From Felis catus (Eukaryota), in NCBI RefSeq assembly GCF_018350175.1, contig NC_058369.1, positions 39,556,001-39,620,000 of the forward strand: a stretch of 64,000 nt of DNA. Direction: 5' to 3'. Positions 23,796 through 36,509 of the stretch are shown piece by piece; the stretch's first letter is position 1, and each line of letters begins with the position of its first letter. A program made the position numbers and the translations under genes. The notes beneath the pieces are model-generated. The model saw nothing but the letters and a program-made list of their open reading frames with translations, made no database searches and was not told where the DNA came from.

Positions 23796-24324
23796 CAAAA
23801 GTTTTTTTTTTTTAAAGCACAAAGACAATTCCTTGTATCCAAGCATCCTTTCTGAATATCCTGGGCTTGCCGGTACATTAGCAACATTATTTTGCCATCA
23901 CTGAAGCCTCTAAGATTTAATTCAGGGAAGTCTATGAAAGGGGTATTGCATTTGAGGAATATGTATATTGCCTGTACATCAATTGGCATCTTGGGACCGC
24001 TCTGGGGCACCGAGGTCAAAGTTTAGTGATGCATGGAGTTGTCCTCCTAATGGTAAGTATTGATCAGCAGCCTCAGAAAAAAAAACAGCACGCACTCAGT
24101 CCTTCCCCAGCCAGACGCCAGGCTTCCGAAAAAAGGAGTGTCTTTCCCAGAGAGCCTTGGAAAACGATGCACGGAACACTCGAGCCTGCAATACATTCAC
24201 TAAGATAGTGAATGACTGCTCCAGCAGGATAAGTGGAAAATGATAAATAACACTGTGCACCATCTGCATAGCTATGATACCTGGTAGGAAGGGGCTCAAA
24301 AGCAATACATGCCATATATGCATA

Positions 24325-25130
24325 AATATGTTCGTTTTCCATGGCTGCCATAACAAATTACCCCAAATTCTGTGACCAAAAATAATACAGATTTATTATC
24401 GCACACCTCTGTAGACCCGAAATTCCAGTTGGCTGGATTGGTTTCTCTGCTCTGGGTTTCACAAGGCCAACATCAAGCTGTCAGCAAGGCTGCATTCCTT
24501 GCTGGAGACTTCAGGATAAATCACTTCCAAGCTCATTCAAGTTGGGGTTGAATTCAGTTCCTTACAGATGTAAAGTTGAGGTCCCTGTTGCCTTGCCAGC
24601 TGTCAGCTGGGTGCTAGTCTTTGCCCCTAGAGGCTGCCCACATTGACTCTCACGCTTTACACATTGCCCCTTCACCAGTGGTGGGATCCCTCTCTTACTT
24701 GGAATCTCTCCAGGGTTCGTGCGATTCGATTGGGCTCACTTGGATCACCCAGGATAATCTATATTAAAGTTTGTAATCTTAGGGTGCCTGGCTGGCTCAG
24801 CCGGTTAAGCGTGCAACTCTTGATTTCGCCCCATGTTGTGGGATTGAGCCCTCCTGGGATCAAGCCCTGCTGGGACTGAACCCTGTGTCAGGCTCTGGGC
24901 TAGGCACGGGACCTGCTTAAGATCCTCTCTTTCCCTCCCTTCTGCCCCTCCCCTGTTTTCACTCCCACTTTCACTCTTGAAAGAAAGGAAGATAGGAAGG
25001 AAGGAAGGATGGAAGGAAGAAAGACAGAAAGTTACATGGGCAAAGTCCCTCTTGCCATGGGACATAATGTATTCACACATTCCAGAGATTAGGATGTGAC
25101 CATTTTGGAGGGCCCATTATTTGATCTACC
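24325..25130 (-). mobile_element. MaLR LTR (MLT1-type) interrupted by a SINE
   Basis: tggctgccataacaaattaccccaaa...atttattatcgcacacctctgtag...cacattccagagattaggatgtgaccattttggagggccc. Confidence 0.8.
24781..25025 (+). mobile_element. CAN-SINE with (GGAA)n-type tail
   Basis: SINE head agggtgcctggctggctcag; the tail has decayed to ggaaggaaggaagg. Confidence 0.85.
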
Positions 25131-25350
25131 AAAAAATATACATACAATTTTATATCCTGAAAAGCAGGATTGCAGCCAGTGCCCTGGTGTGGTCTGCACT
25201 GTGGTACTGCAATCTGACTAACTGAGCAAAATGTAACTGATGGTGTATTAGTTACCTACTGTCGTCTAGCAAATTACCCCAGAAGTTCGCAGTTTAAAAC
25301 AAATCATCTTTATGCCACAACTTCAGTGTGTCAAAAATCAGGTGTGGCTT

Positions 25351-25571
25351 GGGGGCGCCTGGGTGCCACAGTCGGTTAAGCATCCGACTTCAGCCAGGTC
25401 ACGATCTCGCGGTCCGTGAGTTCGAGCCCCGCGTCGGGCTCTGGGCTGATGGCTCAGAGCCTGGAGCCTGTTTCTGATTCTGTGTCTCCCTCTCTCTCTG
25501 CCCCTCCCCCGTTCATGCTCTGTCTCTCTCTGTCCCAAAAATAAATAAACGTTGAAAAAAAAATTTTAAAA
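25351..25571 (+). mobile_element. Young felid SINEC_Fc
   Basis: Near-consensus; TSD AAAAATCAGGTGTGGCT on both sides. Confidence 0.95.
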
Positions 25572-25910
25572 AAAATCAGGTGTGGCTCAGCTGAGTGCTT
25601 CTACCCCAAAGTCTCTCGTGAGGCTGCAGTCAAGCTGTTTGTGATGGCTATGGTTTTATCTGAAGGCTCAACTGGGGAAGGGTCAAGGATACACTTCCAA
25701 GTATATTCACATGTTGGCAGGAATCAGAAGACTGAAGTCCAAGTTCACCCAGGTATTACTGGCAGGACGCTGCTCCTCACCTCATGGGTCTCTCCATAGG
25801 CTGCCTGAGTGTCCCCCCAACATGACAGTTGGGGATCTGAAAGATAGCCTGGGCTGGAGGGCAACGGAAAGGGGGCATAACAAGAGAGAGCCTGCAATGG
25901 AAGCCAAACT

Positions 25911-26893
25911 TTTTTTTTTACCGTCTTAACCATTTCTACATGTGTAGTTTGATAGTGTTGAATATATTCACATTGTGCATCAGATCTCCAGAACTTTTCC
26001 ATCTTGCAAAACCAGCACTCTCTCCTCGCTGAACGACTCCCCATTCCCCTCTACTCCTGCCAACCACTATTCTACTTTCTGTCTACGAATTTGACTTCTC
26101 TAGGTGCCTCACCTTGGTGGAACCATATGGTATTTGTCCTTTGGTGACTGGGTCATTTCACTAAGTATACTGCCTTCCAGTTCATCCATGTTGTAGTATG
26201 TAATAGGATGTCCTTCTTTTTTAAGACCGAATAATNNNNNNNNNNNNNNNNNNNNNNNNNNNNNNNNNNNNNNNNNNNNNNNNNNNNNNNNNNNNNNNNN
26301 NNNNNNNNNNNNNNNNNNNNNNNNNNNNNNNNNNNNNNNNNNNNNNNNNNNNNNNNNNNNNNNNNNNNNNNNNNNNNNNNAGTTTTTTTGGGTATAGACT
26401 CAACAGTTGGATTGCTGGATCAGATGACACTTCTATTTTTAAAAAAATTTTTTTAATGTATATTTATTTTTGAGAGAGAGAGACAGAGCGAGGTGGGGAC
26501 GGGCAGAGAGAGAAGGAGACACAGAATCCGAAGCAGGCTCCAGGCTCTGAGCTGTCAACACAGAGCCTGACGTGGGGCTCAAACTCACGAACTTTGAGAT
26601 CATGACTTGAGCCGCATTTGGACGCTTAATCGACTGAGCCACCCAGGTGCCATGGTAATTCTATTTTTAATTTGTGAGGACTCTCCATACCGTGTTCGGC
26701 TGCACGTGTTCAATTTCTCCACATCCTCACCATCACATGTTATTTTCCATTGTTTCGTTTTGTTTTGTTTTATGGTGGCCATCCTAATAGGTGTGAGGTG
26801 ATATCTCACTGTGGTTTGGATTTGCATTTCCCTACTGATGAGTGACACTGAGTATCTTTCACACACTAGTGGCCATTTGTATACATTCTTTGG
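25911..26893 (-). mobile_element. 5'-truncated L1 (L1MA/carnivore type) with internal SINE and gap
   Basis: Antisense ORF2 end (REMQIQTTVRYHLTPIRMATIK) and 3'UTR; flanked by ATGGAAGCCA at 25897-25906 and 26894-26903. Confidence 0.85.
26440..26651 (-). mobile_element. CAN-SINE inside L1
   Basis: Full antisense SINE; ttctattttta on both sides. Confidence 0.9.
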
Positions 26894-27114
26894 ATGGAAG
26901 CCACAATCTTTTAAAAACCTAATATTGAAAGGACTATGCATCACTTCCATTGTATTCTGTTCATTAGAAGGGAGTCAATGAGCCCCGTCCACACTCAAGA
27001 GGAGCAGAATACTAGGAGGCAGGGATCACAAGGATAATCCTAGGGGCTGCCAACCTCAGATGGATTGTCAAGAGTCTGTGCAGAAGGACGACTCAGGCCT
27101 TCAGTGTACCAAGG

Positions 27115-27890
27115 AGCTCTTCCTAAACTTCCCTTGTGTTAAGAATCACTTGAAGCACTTATTAAAATCAGATTCTTAGGATCTTCCCTAGAGGTGCTAA
27201 CTCAGTGGATCTGAGGGAGGATCTTAGATCTTGGGATCTTAGATCTTGGGAATCTGCTTTTTTAAACACTGCCCAGGTTTTTGTCTTTGTTTCTTTTTTC
27301 CTTTTTCCTTTCTTTTTTTTTTTTTTTAAGACTTTTTTTAAGTAACCTCTACACCCAACGTGGGGCTTGAACTCACAGCCCCGAGATCAAGAGCTGTGTG
27401 CTCTATTGACTGAGCCAGCCAGGCACCCTCGTTTCTCTTTTTAAAGATATAATTCACATGCCATAAAATCCACCCTTTTAAAGTATACCATTCACGATTT
27501 TTAATATATTCGCACAGTTGTGCAACCATCACCACTTTCTGAGAACATTTCATCACCCCTTAAAGAAACTCCCATCCATCAGCACTCACTCTGCATTCCT
27601 CTCTCCCTCTGAACCCCTGACAACCACTGATCAACTTTCTGTCTCCATGGATTGGCCTATTCTGGACATTTCATATTAATGGAATTGTATACTACGTGGC
27701 CTCTTGTATCTGACTTCTTTTACTTAGGATAATGTTTTCAAGCCTCATCCACTGTGGCAGCAAATATCAGTATTTCACTTCTTTTTATGGCTGAGTATTA
27801 TTGCATTGCATGGCTACATCACATTTTATCCATTCATTTGTTGATGGACTGAGGAGATGCTTATCATAAAGGAAGCCTGAGAAAGGCTGC
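27115..27890. mobile_element. MER5-type hAT element split by an old L1 (~27275-27848), which holds a short SINE (27310-27429, minus)
   Basis: MER5 text: aagaatcacttgaagcacttattaaaatcagattc...ggaatctgc; L1 text: aagatataattcacatgccataaaatccacc...ttatccattcatttgttgatggac. Confidence 0.7.
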
Positions 27891-28011
27891 AAACTAAGTT
27901 TTACAGGGAGATCGAAAGTAGTTCAGATGCCTTAGGAGCTTGTAAAAATGCAGGTTTCTGGGCCCAACCCAAATCTCCTTATTACAATTAGGGACAGGCC
28001 CAGGAATCTGT

Positions 28012-28111
28012 ATTTTTTCTTAAGTAAGCTTTAGGCCCAACGTGGGGCTTGAACTCACAACCCCAAGATCAGGAGTCACACGCTCCACTGTCTGAGCCAG
28101 CCAGGCACCCC
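28012..28111 (-). mobile_element. Short CAN-SINE
   Basis: taagtaagctttaggcccaacgtggggcttgaactc...gagccagccaggcacccc. Confidence 0.85.
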
Positions 28112-28234
28112 AGAACCTGTATTTAAATAAGCAGTGAAACTCAGACTTAGAGGAGAAGTGAGGTGAGGTAGGTAGCAGGAAAAGAAGACAATTGTTCTAA
28201 GAACTTTATTCCCAAGCAGCACCTTTTTAACCAT

Positions 28235-28455
28235 TAAAAAAAAATTTTTTTTAAACGTGTATTTATTTTTGAGACAGAGAGAGACAGAGCATGAACAGGG
28301 GAGGAGCAGAGAGAGAGGGAGACACAGAATCTGAAACAGGCTCCAGGCTCTGAGCTGTCAGCACAGAGCCCGACGCGGGGCTCGAACTCACGGACCGTGA
28401 GATCGTGACCTGACTGAAGTCGGACGCTTAACCGACCAAGCCACCCAGGTGCCCC
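28235..28455 (-). mobile_element. CAN-SINE (SINEC_Fc-like)
   Basis: Full antisense SINE; TSD core taaccatt. Confidence 0.93.
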
Positions 28456-29444
28456 TAACCATTTTTCTAAAGGTAATGTGATAAGATGGCAATTCGACAC
28501 TTAGCAATATGACTCTAACAAAAAGACCTGGGCAGAAGCCATATGAACACAGGATCTTGAGACATTTGCGGGAGGTGGTCAAAGATGACACTTCTTATTG
28601 TGGGTTTCCTATGTTTATCCCTCTGCAGACCCAGCCCTCTGGCCAGGCCCTGTCCCCAGACCAGCTTCTTCTGATAGTGGAATTTAACCAACTAGGTCTA
28701 ATGTCATATATTCATAAAGCGGAGAAGAACTAAAGAGCTTATCTTGTCCAATGGCTGACAACCACAGCTGATTTTCCAGTTTTAGGATTCTTTCAAAAAT
28801 CCTGATTTCCGAAAAACAAAAAAACAAAAAATCCTGTTTTCCAACACTGCCCACTGCCCCCCCACCCCATATACACACACTCCAGAAGCTTCAGCTGGTA
28901 GCTCTGGGGCCTTGAAATCTGTGGTTTTGCAAAGCTCTCCAGGTGAATCTGATGGTCAGCCAGATTCCATAACCACTGGTCCAACACCCTTGTTTTTCAC
29001 AGCAGGAAACTGACCCAACATCAGACAACTTCAGGAAAGAACATTGCCTAGAATTTAGGTCTCCTAGATCCTCATCAGTATTCTTTGAAACCCATGTCGT
29101 CGAAATGTCAAATTGCTGGAGCAAAAACCATGGAATTTGGTTTTTGACACTGGGGCACAAGCCTGTACACAAATATGCTGTCAGGACTGAGGTCACTCCT
29201 GGGTGCTGTGTTGGCTGGCCCGTGTTAAATGGTAAGAGAATAAAGGATGAACCAAATTGTCATTACCAAGTTAATACTGCTTGGAATCAGCCATTAGTAT
29301 TTCAATTTGGGGGGTAGCTCCCGGTGGTTTGACCATCATTAAGATTTAGGAATTACAGAATTTGGACTTTAGCCGTATCATAAATATGGATAAAATGCTC
29401 GCTCACATTTATTTCCCGTAAACCTGGAAATAACAACTTTCCAG

Positions 29445-29680
29445 CTCAGTGGTTCTCCAATCTCACTGTGTATGCGAATCACCTGGGAGTGTTTAAAAAT
29501 GTCCTATTGCCCAGCCCTGACTGTCCAGAGCTCAAGAAATAGAATCAAGGGCCAAGCCCGGTCATTCATTCATTCATTCGTTCATTTATTTATTTGTATT
29601 TTTTCAGGCTTATGTATTTCTGAAATGAAGCTCCTAACTAAAGCTCCCCCAAGTTATTCTGATGCATAGCCAGGGCTCAC
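29445..29680. mobile_element. MER5A-type element
   Basis: cagtggttctccaa...gaatcacctgggagtgtttaaaaatg...gttattctgatgcatagccaggg. Confidence 0.65.
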
Positions 29681-30199
29681 ACCCACTCTTCTTGTAGCCA
29701 CGTAAGTGTCTAATAAAATGAGAATAATTAGAAAACTTTTAAGTTTCCCGTTATATTCTGAGAAACATTTTCACCCTGAACGGGCTCGTGAAGGATCACG
29801 TTCCGGGATCCCTGGGAATTCTAATCAGTAACATTTGTCCCCTGCTTTATAATTTACTAAGCGCTTTCACACACATGGCGCCACCCGGTTATGATTATTT
29901 ATTAAGTGTCTATCATGCCTTTTCTGCTAGAAGTTCAAGGTGGTGGATTCTCCTGCCCATTCTTAAAAGAATTCCATTGATGAGGCTTTTCTTTTTAGAA
30001 TTTTAAATAAGGCAGAGGAAAAAAAATGTCAGAAAACGGGGCAGAAATCTCACTGGAAAATTGTGCTTTATGTAATGACACCAGGACTCCTTGCACATTA
30101 TATTCGGAGATTGGGCTAAATTCAGCCTCAGAGGGTCACAGACCCTCGGGGTTGAAGTAATGATGAGAAAGGAAATGGGGAAAATGTGAGTTCTAAACC

Positions 30200-30365
30200 A
30201 GAGCTTTTCAGATTCTAAACTGCATGTGAATCACCTGGGATCTTGTTAAAATGCAGATTCTGTTTCGCCCGGTCTCCTATGGATTTGAGATTGCGCATTT
30301 TTAACAAGCTTCCAGGTAACACCAGTGCTGCTGGTCTGCAGATTACATATTGAATGTAAAGAGTC
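30200..30365. mobile_element. MER5A/B-type element
   Basis: tgcatgtgaatcacctgggatcttgttaaaatgcagattctg...gcatttttaacaagcttccaggt. Confidence 0.8.
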
Positions 30366-31040
30366 TAGAATTAGGGACAGGCAGAGGGAAAGAGGTCGGG
30401 AGATTTGCCCCCCAACCCTATTCCCCCAGGTTCTGCGACAAATTTAGATTTCTCATTCAGAAAATGGGGCCGGGGGATTGGTCTAGATCAGAGATAAATA
30501 AATACTTACCCCTTATGACCACTCTCCCAGATGTCGTGGAAAGACAGAAGATCCTGGAGACAGAATGGGCATGATTTCTAGTCCTACAGCCCAGAAAATG
30601 CAGGTGGTATCTTCAAGAAGCACGTAGTTAATTTAAGTTGTCACGTATTGCAAACCATGACCCCCATAACTCTTTCACACGGATGTGATTGTCAAAGCAA
30701 TTGGGTTCAGAGTTCGTCCAGGTATGGTTAAGTTTTGATGGGGAAAGAAGTGGCCGTAGTGAGAAAGCCTGATGTACCAAAAGCCCCTTTGAAGAGAAAG
30801 ACGCAAAAAGGGAGGGAAGGAGTCCAGGAGGAGATCGGCAGGGGAGCCACAGGGAACACACTTAACCCTCTCCCTAGTGTGCTGGCCCTTGTATTATCAT
30901 CTGGAGCCTTGATCTTCCTAGGATTTCTACTTCAGCTCCTAAACCTGGACTCCTACCATGGAAGGGACCTCTCTGGCCCATCCCAAGCAGAAGAACAAAG
31001 ACCCCTACGGGAGAGCCTGCCCACATTCTCCATTAGAACC

Positions 31041-31250
31041 CTGGAGGTTCAGTTGGTTAAGTGACTTTGGCCCAGGTCATGATCTCACGGTTCTTGAGTT
31101 CAAGCCCCGCGTTGGGCTCTGTGCTGACACCTTGGAGCCTGGAGCCTGTTTCGGATTCTGTGTCTCCCTCTCCTTCTGCCCTTGCCCTGCTCAGCTCTGT
31201 CTCTCTCTCTCTCTCTCAAAAATAAAAATAAACATTAAAAAAAACTAAAA
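31041..31250 (+). mobile_element. CAN-SINE (head slightly truncated)
   Basis: SINE body and A-tail; tagaaccc on both sides. Confidence 0.9.
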
Positions 31251-31559
31251 TAGAACCCAGTATCCTTTCCAACCTTGATTAGTCCTGTCTAGTGCTGGGA
31301 GTGTGCTCCTAGGACTCCTGGATGGACTTCTCTGCCTCACTGCCTGGAGTTAGGCTATAGCATCTCCTAATCTCACAGGGAGATGATTTTTATATCAATT
31401 GAATAGAGACACTATTCAGTGGGCAGCCGTCCATGGGCAGAATTTATCAATGCTCTCCTCATGCGAATACCTTGGGGATTACATGGCTGGCACTGCTTTT
31501 AGACTTTCAAGGTTAAGGAAGATATTCCCAGCGGGAAGAATATATATGCTTCAGAGACA

Positions 31560-31790
31560 GACAATGTGCCAAAGCACTGCCCTAGCCACTTTAACTTTTA
31601 CCTCATTTAAGCACTGCAACACTGCAAATTTAATGTTGTTGTTCCCACTTCACAGATGAGGAAACTGAGGTTCACAGAGGTCAACAAAACTCCCGCAGCT
31701 CACAGAGCTGAAAAGTAGATGACCTGCCATCTGATTCCTGGTTCATCAGACTGCAAGCCTGGGGCTCATAACCCCTCACCTCACTGCCTC
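31560..31790 (-). mobile_element. MIR
   Basis: MIR core cccacttcacagatgaggaaactgaggttcacagaggt. Confidence 0.8.
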
Positions 31791-32742
31791 CTAGACACTG
31801 GACTTGAAGGGAAAAATCTTTGGAAGCTGAGAATGAGTGAGAATGATGAGGCAGAGTCAATTTTCTTCTGTCTTCCTAATTTGGAACAAAACAGGTGCCC
31901 AGGGCATTGGAACACTTCTTACAGTTCGTGGAAGAAAGGATGTGGCTCTTCTGTTTCCAGGTGCTGGCAACCTCATTTTAGAGGTCCTGAGTTACAAACA
32001 GATGACATAGAGAGGGTGCCTGGGACTTTGACTACCCCCTTGAGTCGGGTCTAGGTCCTTGTACATAAAAGGAGGGATGCCCTTAGCAACTATCTTGTGC
32101 ATACCCCCAAACTCTGCAATCAATTCAAACATGTTTTGAGTACTACAACCTGCCAGACAGTGAGACAGGCGCCGAGAGGTAGATGCAGGTGAGCAAGGCC
32201 GATGAGCCCCCCTCTGTGGGGCTGGCCCTCTGGCTGGAGGAGGGGCGGGGCAGACGGTCACAAATAAGACACTTCATGTGTAAGGAAAATAACGAAAGGG
32301 GACGTCGCCCTGTCCTGGGGCCTGAGGGACCCCATCTCTCAGCAGCAGCCCCATTGGACTGAATTAAACTTAATCAACCCTCCCTTGCCTACGGGAGCTT
32401 GAACCAAACTAGAAGGCAGGCCACTTTTGTCACTTGCAGTCATGGCTGCTCTGCGTCTCACTTGCAGAACCACTGTCTACGAAGTTGTAATAAATTCCCT
32501 ACCAACTTGGCTAGCCGCTGATGTGCCAAGCGCTCTCTTGGGCCCGGCAGAGAAGGGCCAGGCACGTACACGCGTGTGCACACGAGCACACACCCACGCA
32601 CATGCACACGCACACCGCCTGCTGCACTCATTACTTTCCCATTCCACGTCCTTCCTCCTCTCGGGTGAAGCCCGAGGATGGGATTTCTTTCACAGCTTGC
32701 CCTGGAGATGCCGTTAATGCAGTGTATTTTAAAACCATTTCC

Positions 32743-32970
32743 GGGGCACCTGGGTGGCGCAGTCGGTTAAGCGCCTGACTTCAGCCAGGTAACGATCTCG
32801 CGGTCCGTGAGTTCGAGCCCCGTGTTGGGCTCTGGGCTGATGGCTCAGAGCCTGGAGCCTGTTTCCGATTCTGTGTCTCCCTCTCTCTCTGCCCCTCCCC
32901 CGTTTACGCTCTGTCTCTCTCTGTCCCAAAAAATAAATAAACGTTGAAAAAAAAATTAAAAAAAAACCAA
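32743..32970 (+). mobile_element. Young felid SINEC_Fc
   Basis: Near-consensus; TSD AAAACCATTTCC at 32731-32742 and 32971-32982. Confidence 0.95.
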
Positions 32971-33244
32971 AAAACCATTTCCTTTGTTCTTAGGGGAACA
33001 CACTAAGATATTAACGGTGGTAGATTCGGGTGGGTGGAATTATGGGGGGGGATACCTTTTCTTCTTCCTTTTTTTTAAGTTATTTTTATTTTGTGGTTTT
33101 TTCACAATGGGCATGAATCACCTGTGTAATAAGTTTTCTTAAAGAAAGAAAGAGGACATCTCTTCTACTACAATTGCTTTCTAATTCGCCTAGAATTTGC
33201 CCTGGAAGACAATGAGGCACGTGGCATGTTTAAGGCTTGTTGGC

Positions 33245-33420
33245 ACTGTGTGGTGTGATAGCAAGGACCCTGGACTAGGCACTACAACGCGCAAGTTCAA
33301 TTCCCAGCCTTCCAGAACTTTCTCACTTTGAGACACTGGGCAAGTCATTTAACTTCTCTGAGCCTTCATTTCCTCATTTGCGCCATGGAGCAGTAATAGC
33401 TCCCAGAAGATGAAATTGAT
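33245..33420 (+). mobile_element. MIR
   Basis: ctgggcaagtcatttaacttctctgagccttcatttcctcatttg. Confidence 0.8.
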
Positions 33421-33589
33421 CCAGTAATGTCAAGTGGGATCATCATTATTATTATTCATGTAACTGAAAATCAGCCAATTTCACACTCACGTAGAAAGAA
33501 GAGAAAAGCCATGATTCTGGGAAGTGTAGCCTGGTCAGTCTCAGCTGGTATCAGGGTGGGGGGAGTGGGAGGATGGGAGCCAGCACCGG

Positions 33590-34075
33590 ATGGTCTCCTG
33601 TGAGTCTCACGGACCCGTATTCATGCCTTTGGATGGTCCTCTCCCCCAGGGAGTACAGCTGACCCGTGCAACCAGTAGGACATTGCAGAAGCGACAGCAT
33701 GTGACTCTGAGGCTGGCTCATAAAAGGTATTATGATTCTGCCTTACTCCCTCTTGGACCACTCATTCGGAGGGAAACGGGAAACTAGCTGTCGTGGCATG
33801 ATGACATTCAAGTGGGGCCGTTGGGGCGAGGAACTGAGGCCTCCTATGAACTGCCATGCACCATCTTGCCAGCCACGTGAGCGGGCCATCTTGGAAACAG
33901 AGGCTCTCAGCCCCGCCTACATCTTGACTGTAACTTCTTGAGCAACTCTGGACCACAACCACCCAGCTAAGCCACTCCCTATTTCCTGACCCACAGAAAC
34001 TGTGTGAGAGAATAAAAGTTGACTGTTACTTAATACTATTAAATTGTGGGGAGATCTGTGACGCAGCCACAGACG
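33590..34075 (+). mobile_element. MaLR solo LTR (MLT1-type)
   Basis: gaggaactgaggcctcc...ccatcttggaa...acccagctaagccactccctatttcctgacccacagaaactgtgtgagagaataaa. Confidence 0.8.
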
Positions 34076-35941
34076 ATCAAGCCTTCAGCGGGCAGCTACG
34101 TAGGAAGGCTAGGGACCTGCACGCATGGCTTCGGGAGGAGTAATTCATTCCGAGCCCATTTAACTTCCTACCATGATGAAGTGACCCCGTGTGTGGATAG
34201 AGGGGGTGTGGGCAGTAAGTGTATCTCTCTGGTCTCAGGAGGGCTTTTAATTTGATACCACATGCCACTCTCATCAACACGAGGGGAGGCAGGGTCTTAG
34301 TGGCGGTTCATTGATTTGGCCTCAGGAGAATGGATGCAAGAACTAATTCAAGACTTGAGCGAGGGAAAGGAATATACTAATAGCAATACAAATATCAGTA
34401 ATAATAGTAATACTCTTGACTACTACTCATTTTAACACTGCTGATACTTGTCATCAAGACACCTCCCCATTGGAGAGCCCAGGTTCTTCAGAATTCAGTA
34501 ATTATACTTTCCTTTGATAAACAAACTAGTTTCAGCCCCCACTGCAGTGCTTTGACAAGTCTCCTTCAGAAACTCCACAGATTTCCAGAAAGGTCTGCCT
34601 TGTCTGATCAGTGGGGGCTGCGGCCTTGGTCTGTACCGCTCCCTAGTCCTTCTCCATCACCCTCTGCTCTTGAGGCTCCATCCCTGGTCTCCCGCTCTGT
34701 ACCTGCTGGACCAGCTCACTTCCTCCATGCCTCAGAGCCTTATGAACACAAGGTGGGGTCCTAAAAGTTTGTGGATAATGGGAGGGATATTACAGCCCGG
34801 CACAGGGGATTGATTAAAATGGAATCTACAGCAGCTTGGTCCATGAGCTTCTTGGTGATGCCCGCGACAGGGGTTCCCGTCGCTCTGTGCACACCCTTGC
34901 TGACTGCTGCTTTCCTGAGCCACGTCCCTTTTTCTCTGGACCCCCTCAATCTCCCTTCCTCCCATTCCCAGCCACCCCTCGCTTCCTTCTCACAGGCTTG
35001 CCGCCCCCACCTCCAAAAAAACCTGTCACCTGTTCTGCAGACAAGCTTCCTCTGTGTGATGTGTTCCCACCAGGGTGGTACAGACATGGTTAAACACCCG
35101 GGCTGTGACGCAGGACAAGATGGCCCCTGCTGGACTCCCAGTTCTGCATTTTCCCTTCAAATCCTTCCCATCCCTGTTTTACGGGTGACAAAACTGACTT
35201 CCAGGGGGATTAGGTTTTGTGCAAGGACCAGGGTGAATAAAAAAGATCTGGGACAATTCCCAGGCCTCTTCCAGGCAGAGGGAGAACTAGGTNNNNNNNN
35301 NNNNNNNNNNNNNNNNNNNNNNNNNNNNNNNNNNNNNNNNNNNNNNNNNNNNNNNNNNNNNNNNNNNNNNNNNNNNNNNNNNNNNNNNNNNNNNNNNNNN
35401 NNNNNNNNNNNNNNNNNNNNNNNNTCCCAGGGCCAGCCTTCCCGAGGAGAGGGAAGGGGGCGGGGTCACATGCCCTCCTGAGGTCATTTCTAGCTTAATG
35501 ATTCAGGCGGCAAAATCCCAGTGTGGGTTTGGCTCTCCTGAATGTACTTTCATTTTGCATTATGATTTGCCACTCGAGCTGATGAGAACCAAATTGATGT
35601 CATTTCCCTCCCAATAAGCTCTTGACCAGAAAACATCTATTTCTCCACCTAACAGGGATTTTTTTTCCCCCACCCAGTTTCTACAAAATCATGTTGCCTT
35701 AATATTTGCCTTCTTTTTTAAAGATAGCATTTGTCAGGGCTTCTCATCTGGTTATAAAAGTCATGTGTGTTCACTGCAAAAGAATCTGTAAGGCATAGCA
35801 CGCTAAATGAAAAAAATAAAAATTATACATACTGTCACACCCATAGACAAACAATAAAAACTGTAGTATGTTTTATGTTTTCTTCCAGTCTTTTCCTCAT
35901 GGGTAGGATAATTTCTTCACCCTAATTGGATCAAATGCCTT

Positions 35942-36161
35942 AAAAAAATTTTTTTTTAAGTTTTTATTTATTTATTTTGAGAGAGACAGAGACAGCGCAA
36001 GCAGGGGAGGGGCACAGAGAAAGGGAGAGAGAGAATCCCAAGCAGGCTCCACACTGTCAGTGCACAGGCTGGCACGGGGCTCAAGCTCACGAAACCAGGA
36101 GATCATAACCTGAGCAGAAACAAGAGTCGGATGCTTACCCGACTGAGCCACACAGGCACCC
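35942..36161 (-). mobile_element. CAN-SINE
   Basis: Degenerate TSD ttggatc(aaa/gac)tgcctt. Confidence 0.9.
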
Positions 36162-36208
36162 TTGGATCGACTGCCTTTTTTTAAGACTTCTATTAAAAGT
36201 GGGGAAGG

Positions 36209-36450
36209 GGGGCACCTGGGTGGTTCAGTTGGTTAAGCGTGTGACTTCGGCTCAGGTCATGATCTCGCGGTCTATGGGTTCAAGCCCCGCGTCGGGCTCT
36301 GCGCTGACAGCTCAGAGCCTGGAGCCTGCTTCGGATTCTGCGTCTCCCTCTCTCTCTGCCCCTCCCCTGCTCACACTCTGTGTCTCTCTCACTCAAAAAT
36401 AAAAATAAAACATTAAACAAATTAAAAATAAAAATAAATAAGCTTTAAAA
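36209..36450 (+). mobile_element. CAN-SINE
   Basis: Degenerate TSD aaaagt(g/a)ggg(a/g)aggg. Confidence 0.92.
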
Positions 36451-36509
36451 AAAAGTAGGGGAGGGAAGGATTATATGTCCTGGCTTTAGGGGAAAATGAG
36501 TGTTAATAA

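Larger units (their letters stand above)
25245..27060 (-). mobile_element. MaLR LTR (MLT1-type) split by a SINE and an L1
   Basis: Starts tgtattagttacctactgt...aaattacccc; resumes after the L1 at atggaagccacaatc...gcatcacttccattgtattctgttcattagaag. Confidence 0.75.

Noticed and set aside
34771-35481. Longest ORF in the track (236 aa)
   Set aside because: Its length is inflated by reading through an N-gap; no recognisable domain or exon structure.
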